From Marsupella aquatica (lineage: Eukaryota; Plantae; Marchantiophyta), in the NCBI GenBank assembly GCA_973895155.1, contig OZ316898.1, positions 12,923,659-12,987,658 on the forward strand: a stretch of DNA of 64,000 bases, in the 5' to 3' direction. Positions 26,412 to 40,540 of the stretch are shown in pieces (within the stretch, counting starts at the first letter, position 1; the number at the start of each line of letters is the position of its first letter). The position numbers and the translations under genes are program-made. The notes beneath the pieces were generated by a model that was given only the letters and a program-made list of their open reading frames with translations, was not told the origin of the DNA and ran no database searches.

Positions 26412-29400
26412 ATGTGCACTTAAAAATCAAATTGATAATGTGAAGGAATAGACTAAAGGTGCACGTTTAAAATCTCATGTAGCCCCACAGTGATAAACTA
26501 CTCGAATCACTCTTTCTAACAAGAGCAACGCTCTCTCTGAAAAATGGGATTCATCAACAATATTCCCCCAAATTAAAATCCTAAGTAAGTAATAAAATTA
26601 GTCAAAACACTCTTTATAACAAGAGTAATGGTCTCTGGAAAAACAAGATTTTGCAACAATGTTCTTGCAAATTCAAATTTCCTTTAGCTATGCAATGGAA
26701 TTCAAAATTTTGGTTGTTTATCATTGAGCAAACTACTTGAGGCATTATGATTAAAATGTGAAGCACTCAATTTACTCAAACTTTTATCTAGTACCATGAA
26801 GACCAAATACAATATTTATATAAAGAACTAAATGTATTTTACATTTTCTCTTTTTTAGTAACTATTTGGAGGGGAAAGACTATTGGGAGAATGGAGTGAA
26901 GTTCTTAATTAAAAGCGTCACTTACAATGTATCTTTAGGATAGAATTGATGACAGAGTTAGTAACAGGGAAACAAATTGGACAGAAGTGATCATGTGGTT
27001 ACTGATAGTGTACTTTTTGGACAGCAATGTATATAACAATATCCAAGCATGGACAGCATGCCGGTCTATTTGGGCTTTAACTCAGGAAAAAGTGTTTGGA
27101 AAATTGCTTTTTAGGACATCCATCCAAAATGCAGGCAATCCTTTTACCTTTTTGGTGTAAATTGGGTGAAGACTTTCATTATGGAGTCCATGGGGATGGG
27201 CGGGTACAACGTTGCAGTCCATCCAGACTTTGATTTCTACCTAAGTGCTTGGGTGGCTCACTCCAAGCAAGACCCCAGATCCCGCGCAAAATTTCCAGGC
27301 AATCAACACCCTAAATATTAAGAAAATTAAGTTTTAAAATTTTTCTCTAGATTTATGGAATATTTTTAGGAATATTCCCAACATTGACAATAAAACCTAT
27401 AACTTTGATAATTTTCAAAACTGGATTAAAACTCTCCTAACGTTTTTCAACAAAACTTTTAAAGTCTTCTACCCAATCAAATTAAACAACATGTTTGAGT
27501 GTGATGGGTCAAAAGAAAAGAGTGAGACTCTGGGCCTAAGTGCTATCTCTAATAGCGCAAACATGTATAATTATTAAAATTTTGGACCTAATTCACTGGA
27601 TATTTTTCAGAAGTGCTTATGAAACCTCAAAAGAATTTTGTGATGTACAGATAAGCAACTTGATGTAAACACTACCTTGTTTTTAAAAATTAAAAACATT
27701 TGCACCTTGTGGCACAACAGTGGCAGAACAAGCACGGAAGGGCTATGAAGGGAAACATGGCCAGCATCCAGACCTTGCCGTACAGACCAGTTGTTTTCCA
27801 GGCAGAAATCAAGCTCTTTGTGGCCCTGAAAATTGTCTGATGTTAATAGCCGGTAAAACTGTCTATTGTAGAACCCATACAAGTCTTCACAAGCCCATGT
27901 GCCCGTGTGATTGTGGTTTTGCCCTGACTGGCAAAAATACTGCTTTCCAGGGCGTGGGGTGTGGGCTCATCACCATGCACAGGTGTGGATGCCTTTTATG
28001 TGGGGCTTGCCTCCACATATCCTTGCCCTTCCTGCTCAAACACCCACAATTTTTTGGCAGGGTGGCAAAGTGTTTCCAAGTGGTAGGGACTTAGCATTCT
28101 CCACTCCAGTTGAGGATTTGTGCAAAGGCCACCTCATGCTTGGAAGACTCAACCCACTGCGTCCTGTCTAGCAAGGAAGGTACCTGCAATCGAGCTATGG
28201 CTGATGGTGGGTGCAAAGCTTATATAACCCATACTGTCTGAAGCTAGCATGCAATGTGGGCTTCTACTGTAGGTAGACGGCAGGGTGGGGACAAACCCTT
28301 ACCAAAATATAAATCGGCCTGCTTTTGCTCTTTCTGTCCCCCCTTTTGTGCACTGCCCGGGCTGTATTTTGTCTCCTTTCAATATTGAATAATACGGAGG
28401 ACTTTCCAAGGCAAACAATCAAATAAAAAATTGTATAGAAATTTGGACTTTAGCCCTTCCCCACATAAAAACAAATCCTGAAAAGTGAAAAAAAAATTAC
28501 TTGATTGAAAGGCAAGTCATGATTATGTGCTCAAGAGGTCTCCCATGCAACTCAATTTTTTTGCTTTCAAATATCCAGTTCATGGCTATCAGATCCTCAC
28601 CCTTTTTTAAAGGATGGTAAGACATTTGCTCAGTTGCCACTTGTGTTCTCTTATCCCAAAGGACAAGAGAGAAACAGTCCACGTGTTATCCTGAGTGACT
28701 CGACCAATCATGCTGCTCGCAATTTTGCTATGAAATTTTCGTCCATTAGAAAACAGGAATTTCAATTATGACTTTAGTCATTTTTCTCATCTTTTCATAT
28801 TGTGGGCCCATAGAGTGGAGGCCTTTGAGATCTTCTCCACCATGTCACCATGTGCATACAGATATCGTAGTATCTAGGATTTGAGTCTGCAGTCTCCACC
28901 TATTTTGTAGCCGACACGATTGGGTATATCCCTTCTCCTACATCTGAGGGGAGGCTTCAGGCCTTTAATCTTGATATTATATTGGGCTCCATAGGCCTTT
29001 TGATCTTGATAACATATGAGGCTCCATAGGTTCCACAAATGCCATTTAGAGGGCCCGCCAGTTTCTAGTCGAGGTCAAAACCAATGGTCGGCCTACCCAA
29101 TAATGTTTTTTTAGTTGGAAAGGAAATTCCATTAAAAACTAAAATCCTCTTGCCAGTTGTGCTACTTGCTCATGGGCGGTTTCTCCTCTACATAAGAATC
29201 CTCGTTCCATATCACATGTAACAATGATAAAGATAAGGATACTCCAGTATTTGGGTAAGCTACCGTGGGAGGTAAGGTGAGGGGTGATCTAGACCTATGG
29301 AAGTTCTGGACTACCCCAAAGTAATAGAATGTGTTCCCTACGTTATCACTTACATCCACCCACTACTTGCATAATGGAAATTTGCCCTTTCTGTGAAAAG

Positions 29401-29868
29401 TTTATTGTTTCCGTAATGAAAAACTTTACGTTTGCCGGCAAAAATAAAAAATAAAAAAAATCGCTAACCTAAGAAAAGGGATATAGTAAACAGTGGGAAC
29501 ATGCATGTTGCCATGTTTCAGTTCTTTTGCCAGTGTTGAGGACTAATTTTTTTTTGGCTCTTTGGTCATCCCAGGTCCCCCCCCCCTCCCCTTTGTGGGT
29601 CCTTGCCTTTGGGATCCTGTATAATAAGTGCAACGGAATTTGCTGAGAGAGCATGGCTTCCAAACACAGAGTTTTGTTTTATAAGTAAATGGAGGGACCC
29701 AACCCTGGAAGCTCACCCCATGAACAAGGGTTAGGCAATAGGAAGGAAAAGCCTCATTTATTATCACAGTAAACTAAGGTGTTGGTTTTGACTCCTTCTG
29801 TATTGTACAAGGGTAGAATTTAGGTGTACATTATAGTATGTGAGGCCTTGCACTAGCCTTTTATTTAT

Positions 29869-30200
29869 AATTAGCCCAATGAAAATGCAAAAAGATGTTG
29901 AGATTAGAAAAGATACCAAGGAGAGAAAAAAGAGTGACGGTGAGAAAAGTATCAAAGTGAAAAATATACCAAAGAGAGAGGAAAGGAGAAAATATGTTGA
30001 GGTGAGAAAAGATGCCAAGGATAGAAGTGATGTAAAGGTCAGAAAAAAATATTGTGGTGAGAAAGCAGTGTCAAGGTGAGAAAAGATATCCAAGTGAGAA
30101 AACAATGTTGAGGAGAAAGAATGTCAAGATGAGAAAAATAAGTCAACCAAGCAAAATGTCATGGTGAGGTGACGATGTCAAGGCAAAACATGTCTCAAGT
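29869..30200 (-). mobile_element. Non-autonomous Helitron-like fragment with minisatellite (reverse orientation)
   Basis: Purine-rich GAGAAAAGATGT(T/C)(G/A)AG units are the reverse complement of the CTCACCTCAACATCTTTT units at 33.8-35.4 kb. On the minus strand it ends in CATTGGGCTAA, like those copies. Confidence 0.55.
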
Positions 30201-33200
30201 TGTTGGTGTTAAAGTTGAATTCTCTCCATGAATGAGAGTCAATTTTGCCAAGAATTCTGAATGCATGTATATTGACGTTGACCATTATACTTGCTTTGAT
30301 TGAAACACATTTAGTAGATCTAGCAAGTACCCCCCTTATCCAGGGAGGTATTTCGTGGTTTTCTGGCTTTTCCTTTCTTCTGGTTGGTGTTGCAAACGCT
30401 GGGACGTAACAGTTTGGCAGTTTTCACCAACATTGAAAAGGCTGCCTTTACATAGCAGATGCACACAAAAATTATGGGGATGGGATTGAGAGTCAAAGTC
30501 TGAGTGGCACCATGGGATCAGAATCAGATTCAGGGTGGCTTTACAGAAACCAGCAAGAGGACATTAGAACTTTTCCCATACCAAATCTAGTGGACAGCTT
30601 TCAGCCTAGAATTTAGCTCCCACGCTTGTGACAAACAGAGGGGCCAGGGTGGGGACTGCAAGCAATGTATTCTAATAGATTGCGAGGACAACAGCTTAGA
30701 CTACGTCTTGGTCACAAAAACAATGTACAGGTCACCATTTTGCTATTAGACCCACCTACTGCTATGTAGGTTGGGGCGTACCAGTGCTGAAATGACAACC
30801 AAACGTCTCCTACTGACAATCAAGAATCACCATCCACATAAAATTAAATAGTTAGAATGACATCCCAATCTAGAAAAGAGAGACTTGCCCGTCCTCTCAT
30901 TCTTGTGAAGCCAGTCTCAAGAGCACTTGTAATGTTGTGGGCCAATAGGTGCTACTTGCATAGCCGACATACAGTCATCTCAACACGATTATTTGCATTA
31001 TTAATTTAATGACTTGGCTCCTCATGCCAACCTTGGTGTGATCTTTCCTGCCCTCGTGCCATGCTCCAAAAGTGCACAATGATCACTCACTAGGAATCTC
31101 ACCAGTAGTATCTTACAAGACTTGTTGGTTAAAGCTTTTAAAAGTGTTTCTGGGTTCATATCCCCTCACAAGTGTAAACTCCTTGAAAGAAATGAAGGTG
31201 ACGTATCAAGTTGACACACTATGAAGCATATGATGATTTTTCACATCATCAACCACTATAATATCCAATCCCACCAAAAAGAGGCATATGTTTACAAATG
31301 AACTTTTGGAGTGAATCAATGACATCCTTTAGATACATTCTGTCAGATGTTTGGGAACATGACATTATCTGAAAATGGGACAAGTTATAAACTTAAAACA
31401 AATGTATAGACATACCAGTCCAAAGAATGTAAATGCAGATAATAGAATTCACATGAATGTGCAAGCTGTGCAAGGTACACTCAATTAGTAGTGGATCTTA
31501 GGGGCCCTTTCCCAAGGTACACTCAATTAGTAGTGGATGTTAGGGCCCCTTTTCCCCGACTTTTTCCCTCCCTTTGTTGGGTTGCTTTGCCAAGAGGACC
31601 CTGTCTCCTGTTTGGCTTTTTCAAGCCCTGGCACCTGGGGTTTCACTATCTAGAGCCCCCCACAAAATTATTTGCTAAACCCTAAACCCCTGCAATGTTT
31701 TTAGGTCAGGTACATACTAAAACTTAGTAGATTTGGTTTTTAATTATTTATTAATTTAGAATATTCTTTTAATATTCCAAAATTTGGTTTGGAAACCCTA
31801 TCTTTCTTTGCAAGTCTCAAAATTGGATTAAATTTTTTTTATAGCTCATACACAAGTATCCAATTAGAACCAACGAAATGACCCTATGCTACATCACACA
31901 TGATATGTCACTTTTGCAAAAGCGACACCCCCAAGTATGGCATTGTGATACATATGACCAGTACGGAGAGAGAGAGAGAGAAAGAAGGAAACTAAGGAAA
32001 TAAATAAATAATTTAAAATAGTTTTCATCCTGTTTTCAAAGATTTGACCTATTCTTTATTTTTATTTTTTAGGGGGTGGTGAGCCAGCTTTAGAGGGATT
32101 TGTTTATTTATTTATTTTAAGAGGCCATTTTTTTGGTTGGTTGCTGTGTGGTGGGGCTTTCGCCTTGGGGAAGATAGCAGCAACTTCTTTAAGGTGCCAA
32201 TATTCCTTGGTTGGTTGTTGCATGCATGGAGGTGAGGGCAAGGATTGAGGAGGACCATTCCTCTTCAATCCTAGCCCCTCCCCTCCCCACCCCAATGATA
32301 CTTGCCCCTCCCACTTCCCATACTAGTACTCAAAAGAACCGCATTGGAGGCAAAGACAACATGGGCCCGAGATGACTGCATGACAGCAATGATAAATAAG
32401 ATGGCTCAAATTTTTGTTGCCTTGCCACTGCATCTTGTATGCGACATGATATTATAGTGAAAACCCCTTGCACATGTGAAAGTTTGCATCTTGAAGGTGC
32501 AGAATAACATCTACTTACTATAATATACAATCCCGCCTTTTTGTGCTCATGGTCAGTTTACAAAATTCACTTTTGGAGGGAACTCATTATGACCATTGGA
32601 TTTAAAACTTAAATTTTCCTGCCCATCAGATCTATGTAAGGAAGAATAAAGAGTTGAATAAAGTGTTTGTCCTAGCCTGAGGCACGGATCCATGGGCTTC
32701 CACCCACACCTAGACTCATTACAAACATCTAGAAAAAGGTCATTGGGAATTGAGTTGACATGTGGCTATCATGGGTAGATGGGTCTGACAAGAAAATCTA
32801 AGTAGACCCCACATGATTGCCCCATTCACGTAAAGTAAGAAGTATAGACAACCTACAATACAAATTAAGTTGTGAGTTCAAAAGGGATGATTTATAGGAA
32901 AGTGGAAAAAATTAAGTCTACTAGGAGTAGTGAAAACATTGTTTTTTTCTAATCTCTATAAAGTACTTTTTCCAGGTTACATTAACATTCAATCCTATAT
33001 TCTTTATTGCAATAACCTTATTGACCAAAGACACAATGGCCCCAAGAATACAATGGCCCAACAACGAAATGGCGGGAGTGATAAATGATTGTAACAATAA
33101 AATGGTTATAAGGACAAATGTGCAATGCAAGTTAGGGCACTGGGTTTCTATATATGTCATATTTTCAAATCACATTATAAAAAACTATCACATCTCAAAG

Positions 33201-33616
33201 AGTTAGTGCAATCTACAAAAGTGGAAAAGGAAGGAACAAACCAATACCATCAATATATTTCAATGATTTTGACACCCTTGGATTGAGTGAAAGGGATCAC
33301 CTATGGAAGTGAATACCATGGATATTTTTGCTCTTAAAGTAGGTGTTTACAAAATACATGTGCTGGCTAACTACTTTCAAAAATGACATGTGCATAACAT
33401 TGGTATCAGATTTGTTTTGTTTTTTTGCTAAGGAGAAGAGAAATTTTCATTTTTCTGAGAGATCATTTATCTTTTGCTCCATGTTGATTCTTCTTCTCTT
33501 TCTTAATCATGTTGGAAAGGGAGGGGGGTGCCAAAGAGCCAGGATGGGAGACTGGAAGGAGAGAAAGGAACGGCACACAAGAGGAGACTGAAGAAAAAAG
33601 GAAAAATGTGAATTTA

Positions 33617-35389
33617 TCTCCCTCCATATAGCTAAGGGCGACCACACTTGACCCTGTAACACCCCAGCCGCCCCCTGTCTTGCGTTCCCTCCCATGCTCT
33701 CACCCTTGCCACAATACATTGCCACAATAGCACCTTGGGACATACATTGCCCTTGGGACATACATTACCACAATAGCACCTTGGGACATACATTGCCTTA
33801 ATATCTTTGCCTCAACTTGACAATTTTTCTCGCCTTGACATCTTTTTATCTCCTCAACTACTTTTTATCATATTGACATGTTTTCTCTCCTTGAGATATT
33901 TTCCTCACCCCAATGTTCTTTTCAATCTCACATTGATATATTTTTCTCACCTTGCCATCTTTCCTCTAGCTATGCACCTTTTTTCTCCTCAACATCTTTT
34001 ATCACATCAGCATTTTCTCATGCACCTTGATATATTTTCTCTTCTTGGCATCTCTACTCATCTCAGCATCATATTTCATAATTTTCACATTTTTTTCTCT
34101 CATGTACATGATTTCCTCACCTTAATATCATTTTCTCACCTTGACATTTTTTTTTCTCTCATTTAACATTTTTCTCACCTCAACATCTTTTTCTCTCCTC
34201 GACATATTTTTCTCATCTCAGCATCTTTTTATCTCCTCGATATCTTTTCCTCACCTCAATGTTTTTTTCTCACCTCAACATCTTCTGGGCAACGCATGGG
34301 CATTGGGCTATTTGTATATATATATTGTGCCAAAATAATGAGACTTCACACCCATAAACTATGACAAATATTTCTATGGTTTTTCATCACAATTGTCTCA
34401 CAAAATTTGACTCCCAAAGAAAGCCTTGGAAGCAAAGCAAAGAGGGGGAGAGGCAAGGAGAAAGGGGAAGGGGGGGGGGGCACATGGATGAGAAACGAGG
34501 GAGGGAGAGGCTTCATCTTGCCCCATCTGGTCACAGGTAAGGGGTGGAAAAGGTGTCAAGTTTATTTTCTCACCTCAAAATTTGTTGCTCTACTTTACAT
34601 CTTTTTATGCTCAAAATCTTTTTCTCTCCTTTGCACACGTTTCTCTCCTCAACATCTTTTGTTCACCTAGACATATTTTCTCTCCTCAATTTTTTTCTCA
34701 TCTCAACATCTATTTCTCTCCTCAATATCTTTTCTCTCCTGGACATATGTTTATCATTTGGACATCTTTTCTCTCTTTGACATCTTTCTCTCCTCTACTT
34801 CTTTTATCACCTCAACATCTTTTCCTCACCTCGACATTATTCTCACCTCGATATCTTTTCTCTCCTCAACATCTTTTCGCTCCTTGACATCTTTTATCGT
34901 CTCGATATCTTTTCTCTCCTCGACATCTTCTATCACCTCGATATCTTTTGCTCACCTCAACATCTTTTCTCTCCTTGACATCTTTCGTGCAATGCATGGG
35001 CATTGGGCTAGTGCCTATATATATTTGTATTTAAGCATTTTGTGTTTTTTGTTTTCATTGTGATAATCTACTTATAACCCTCAACTCATTCCTGCACACT
35101 CACCTTGCACACTGAACTACACAGCGGCAACGACAACATGCATGATTGCAACCACTGAATGACCTTGATGACACATAACATGCCTCAACAATTGCCTTAC
35201 CTCGACATTTTTGCCTCACCTCGATAGCTTTGTCTTAACTCAGCATTTTTTGCCATGCCTTGACAACTTTGACTCACCTCAATAGCTCTGCGTAACTCAA
35301 CATCTTTGCCTCACTTCAATGTCTTTGCCTCACCACTACATCTTTCCCTCTCCTTTACATCTTTTGTCACCTCACAAGCACTGGGCTAG
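33617..35389 (+). mobile_element. Cluster of non-autonomous Helitron-like elements with a CT-rich minisatellite (about 18-20 bp unit)
   Basis: Degenerate units (CTCACCTC(A/G)ACATCTTTT) end in Helitron-type 3' termini: GGGCAACGCATGGGCATTGGGCTAT (34311), CGTGCAATGCATGGGCATTGGGCTAG-T (35011) and AAGCACTGGGCTAG (35389). Candidate A/TC 5' ends at 33617 and 35067. Confidence 0.65.
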
Positions 35390-36686
35390 GTTATTCATCA
35401 AAATAATGAATGATATTCATCAAAATCATGCCCTCCACTCATGAACCCCAAGACCAAAAACCACCCTCACTTGATATCCCAAACAAAAGTAATCCTCCCT
35501 AGGAACGAGTCGGATCTAGTGGCAGAGGATGACATGCTAGAGCATGGCATGGAATGGGTATGGGATTGTACTGGCATGGATAGGGAGGTGAGCCATCAGC
35601 CCATTGGCACGTGGACCCTATCCACCCTCTCACCACATATTCGTGATGTGAAACCCCATCTTTTCTCTACTCGTCTTTTCTCTCCTCTTCTCTCCCTCCT
35701 CTCCTCTCCTCTTCTCATCCTCTCTTCCTCTCTCTCTCTCTGTGGCCCGGTTTTTCGCCTCGCCTTGGATTTGGAGTGCGGAGCGGACTGACGGAAGGAG
35801 GGGGGAATCATCGGGGCGGTGAGTGCAAGTTTAGTTGTTGTGGAGAAGACGGTGGAATGGTGGAATTGTTTTCATTTTGTGGGTTGAAATCTTTGCATTG
35901 GGACTGCAATTGAATGCTGTGCATTTTTTTAGTTAAGTGATGTTGCCTGTCTCTCTTTGATTATTCACTGTACTTGCGGAAAGGAATGTTGCTTTCTTGC
36001 TGGAAATCTCCGTGTCTCTCGTGCCTGTTTTGGGTTGAATTCTCTATGTCGCAACGTAGGAAACACTTGTTTCTCCTTTCCTAGTGGGAACTTTCTGCCG
36101 GTTCTCTTTTCACCTCTCTCTGAGCTACCGTACTTGATGTTATCCTCGTTCTGTCCCTCAGCTCTCTGTCTTAGCGATATTGCTGACTGTTAGATTCGAG
36201 CAGTCCCAGAGGAAGAAACTCTCTCACACTGTCGGCTGAAAAGTGATTCGTGATGTACTGAGAATTGCAGAGAAGACGAGAATTGGGCAAGCTGGGAGTT
36301 CATTTTGTCAACATCGACGACTACAGCACACAAGCAGCACACAGGCAGTGCTACTGCCTTACCCGGGACGCAACGTGCAGATTCCCCACAGACGAGGCCG
36401 AAAGGAATCTGTCTCGCCATAGAACAGAGGAAGGGGGAATCAGTTCCTGATAAGAATTTACGTGTAGGTCTCTGACAATTGTCTCCCAACCGCACTTGGA
36501 GGAGTACTATTGCAGGAGGATCATTCTCTTTGACGAGGAACGAAGGTAGCTGTTAGCAGTGAGGCTTGTTGTATTAGAACAACAGCAGAAATAATATCCG
36601 CGGGAGGGAGCTGCAGCTCATAAGGAATTAGAGGTCGGGGGTGTGGTCTGTTCAGTATTCGATCTTAACGACATTGTCAGCTAGAA

Positions 36687-39399
36687 ATGGCAGACTTCTT
36701 CCCTGCGCCGGGAAGAAACCATGTCTTCGTTCCTGGCCCGGTCAACATTCCCGAATCTGTAATGCGGGCCATGAACAGGAACAATGAAGATCACCGGTCT
36801 CCCGCCTTCCCCAAGCTCTCTAAGAGTGTCATAGACGACGTGAAGCAGATTTTTAAAAGCACCAAAGGCACCAGCTTCATTTTCCCCACCACAGGTTGGA
36901 TTATCATTTCCCCATCACCTTTTAAAGTCTGACCTTTTGGCTCTCTCGTGGTGGTGGTTGCTACCAAAAGTGAGCTGGACGTCTGTCGCTTCACTGAATT
37001 TGCATACGTTTTCATGTCTCTCTGAACAAGCGTTCCGATGGGTTCGTCTAGTAATCTCTGTCTTGTTGATGTTCGCTTATTGTCGATTGTCCTACTTCTG
37101 ATGGAGGTCACTTAGCACTCACGTGTAGCTGATGTTTCCTGAATTTCTTTCTTGAACTATACTGTTGTAAATGGGATTCTCATGGGGTTGATGTGACTCT
37201 CTCTCCCTCTAGTCTACCTGTGGGTAATTGCGGATCCATTGTAGGTCCAATGCAGCTTCGATTCTTCTGGTATCTATTTTCAGCTCGATGTGCCTCTTGC
37301 CGTATGGGGCTGGTTTATTTCGAACATCATTTCATTGCATGACATTGATTATCGGTTATCGGTGGTTAATAGATTAGGAGGTGAGATGGGTAGTAATAGC
37401 CTGTACGAAGAATGGGTTTGTGAAATTGTTGCTGACTTTGTCGGCGTGTAGGAACCGGCGCATGGGAGAGCGCTCTGACGAACACGCTGTCGCCAGGCGA
37501 CAAAGTTATCTCGTTCCGGCTTGGTCAATTCAGTCTGTTGTGGATAGATCAACAACAGCGCCTAGGATTTGACGTGGATGTGGTGGACATCGAATGGGGA
37601 GCTGGCATTGACCTCGATATGCTCAAATCCAAGTTAGTTGCAGATAAATCCCATTCAGTCAAAGCCTTGGCTGTCGTCCATAACGAGACGTCCACAGGTG
37701 TCACCAACGACATCGCAGGCGTTCGAAGAGTCTTAAGTAAGCTTACACGTCCTTCCTACTTCCCCAAATATGTTATAGTAAAGTTGTTTTGGCTCCTTTA
37801 AGACCCAGAGGCAGTCTCTATATGTCGCAACCATGTTGTACGCAAGTTAATTCGCTGCCTGAATTAGAGAATTGTCGCCGAAAGGAGGCCCAAACACTTT
37901 CCTGAGACCATTTAGTCAAAGTACTACCAGGTATGTTTCAGATACAGAAGAAGTCCATAACAGTTCGCTGTGACGATGTCAGTTAGAGAAGTACATGGCG
38001 AATTGCAGATTGAGATGGGGCCCAATGTACTTCTCTGAGACTCTTTTTAGATAGAGACCAGAGGAGAATTTCAGGTTGAGATGAGGCGCAGAGAAGGTTT
38101 TCGACGCCATTTTGAATAGACAACCAGCTGTAGATGAGGCTTAGGGCTTCTTTCTAAGCCATGTCTAGTCAGAGAATTACTGCCTGACAGTTGAATGCAG
38201 GCAGATCATTTTATTCATAGTTTGATTCGCATTTTGTTCTGGCAGATGAAGCGGGTCACCCGGCTTTGCTTCTTGTGGATGGAGTATCTTCAATAGGGGC
38301 CATCGAGTTCAAAATGGACGAGTGGGGAGTGGACGTCGCTCTTACTGGGTCTCAAAAGGCTCTGTCTTTGCCGACTGGTCTTGGTATTGTTTGCGCTGGC
38401 CCGAAAGCGCTGGAAGCCGCCAAGACTGCCAAGTCAACTAGGGTGTTCTTCGATTGGGCGGATTACATCAAGTTTTACGCTGCCGGGTCGTACTGGCCCT
38501 ACACTCCATCCATCCAACTCCTCTATGGTCTCCGCGCAGCTCTCGACCTCCTCTTCCAGGAAGGCCTTGACAACGTGATTAAAAGGCACCATCGGCTTGC
38601 AGAATCAACAAGGTATAGATTTGGTGCATCTCTTTTCTAGCACATTCAATGACTTTATGCGTCTGAATATGTGATAGCAGATGGACAGGAATGTCTGACA
38701 ACCTTGGTTAAAGGTGTTGGATAATCTTGCTCGTAAGGTAGCTCCTTGTACGGGCAGAGCATTGGAATCAAAAAGCAATTCTGTGCTGTGAACTGGAGCT
38801 GGGGGAAGACTCTCTCTCACGTCTGATTCCAGGTTTTTCTTAGATCTTTGATATCGATGGATGCTGTTGTTGTATGAAGGCAAGCGGTGAAGGCTTGGGG
38901 ACTCAAAATTGCCACACAAAAGGAGGTATGGCACAGTGACACGGTAACAGCAGTCCTAGTCCCCTCCCACGTTGACAGTGCCAACATTGTCAAGTTAGCA
39001 TGGTCGAAATACAATCTCAGCTTGGGAGTCGGCCTGAACAAAGTTGCTGGCAAGGTGTTCCGAATTGGTCACCTGGGAAGCTTGAACGAGGTAAAATTAA
39101 AATTCAATGGATCTTGGTTTCTTGACCTTGTTCTCCAGTTGGGTCTGTTGGACGATTACTGTCTGCTGGATTGGCAATTTTGGATTCTATTCTACGCATC
39201 TAAATAGACCAGGCCCCTGTGGTTACTATGGAACTAATCATCGTTATTCATACTCATGCAGTTGCAACTGCTGGGAGCTCTCGCTGGCGTGGAAATGGTG
39301 TTAGTGGAGTGTGGGGTGAACATAAAATTGGGCAGCGGGGTCGCAGCAGCGTCAGCTTATTTGTTGAAATCAACCCCTTTGATTTCCTCCAGAATCTGA
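36687..39399 (+). CDS. AGT1: Serine:glyoxylate / alanine:glyoxylate aminotransferase (peroxisomal, photorespiratory), 5 exons, 402 aa
   Basis: Exons 36687-36894, 37452-37736, 38246-38612, 38880-39090, 39262-39399 (1209 nt, open). Motifs PGRNHVFVPGPVNIP, VHNETSTGV, LVDGVSSI, TGSQKALSLP (PLP lysine) and FRIGHLG; C-terminal PTS1-type SRI. Probable 5'UTR intron at about 35819-36680. Confidence 0.97.
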
Positions 39400-40220
39400 G
39401 GCCGGCCAACCCGTCTATCACAAGCAGGAGCCGTCAAGTTTACCGCCTATGGCCCTCGTTTCCGCGAGAAAGGAATTGTACTTTGGCTAATATTTTGTAG
39501 GTGATAAATTGCATTCCTCGTATGAAGAACTAACTTCTGACCCAGTAGCAAGGAATCCTTCCCCCGAGCTGGGATTCTCTCAGCTCACCCATGCGCAAGC
39601 TGGGGTGTTGTAACTTAGTCTTCTCAATGGAGAGACGTGGTAGTCTTTCTATCAACCAAGATTGAGCTCAATTTCGGTTGATACTGTACATAACAAGCTG
39701 TAAGTTTACCTGAGGTGTGGCCTGCTGGGAGACTGACTGCCGTTACTGTGTCTATTTCAAGGTGGATTGCGGTCTGTCTTGGACAACACGTAGACTGTCA
39801 TCCCCGTGCTCCATCTGAGGATAAAGGTGACAGAAGGTCACTTTGCTGAAATTGATTATTACGTCCGAATTTATTCATCTTCAATCAGTGGGCACATTCA
39901 ATGCGTCCTAAACTGTGTAACTATCTTCCTTACGTTTCATGAAACTGTACCGTATTCAGAGTGGAAGCACACACGGCTCCATTAACTATTATGAAAGAAG
40001 TAAAGTTTCTTCATGTGTTTGTTTTCTCTCCCGTTGGGTTCGAGCACGAACACTCTGGAGTGGCGGAGGATGGGCTTGCCGAGACTGGCCCTTCTACCCT
40101 AAACCAAGCTCTCTAGTGATAAGGCATTTGTGGTGAAATAACCCTTGCACCCTGGCATCATAGGAAAGTTCCAGTTGTCTATATAGCTATAGAGCTATAG
40201 AGCTATAGAGCTATGGATGG

Positions 40221-40540
40221 TTGTGAGCCATATTGCCCCTGCCAGTCTGCCCTAGGGGTTATGAGAATTCTATCCCCCTGGCCAGCCCACCAGGAGGGTC
40301 ATCCAGAGCAAACCATGTTTAGGCAAAAATAGAGCAAACCCACCCTTGAGGGTTTGGCTCCAGGAGGGTTATCCAGAGTCAGCCGCCAGTTTTAGGAAAA
40401 AAGTAGAGCATGCCCAAACTGGAGGGTTAGGCTGGTTAAGAGCCCATTTTAGGAGCAAACCATGACTGCCCGCCAAGAGGGTTATCCAATTGCGGCCAGT
40501 ATTTAGGCAAAACACACAGCAAACCCACAAAATTATGCTA
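40221..40540 (+). repeat. Dispersed repeat family, copy 1 (with internal sub-repeats)
   Basis: TGAGCCATA..CCCCTGCCAG.CTG.CCTAGGGGTTA...GGTTAT...AAAATAGAGC is shared with 54131-54270 and, more diverged, with 60651-60870. Confidence 0.65.

Noticed and set aside
27600-31450. Short ORFs that might be decayed transposase or retroelement fragments
   Set aside because: No diagnostic motifs in any frame I read.
33807-35063. Several Phe/Leu/Ser-rich ORFs resembling membrane proteins
   Set aside because: Translation artefacts of the CT-rich minisatellite.
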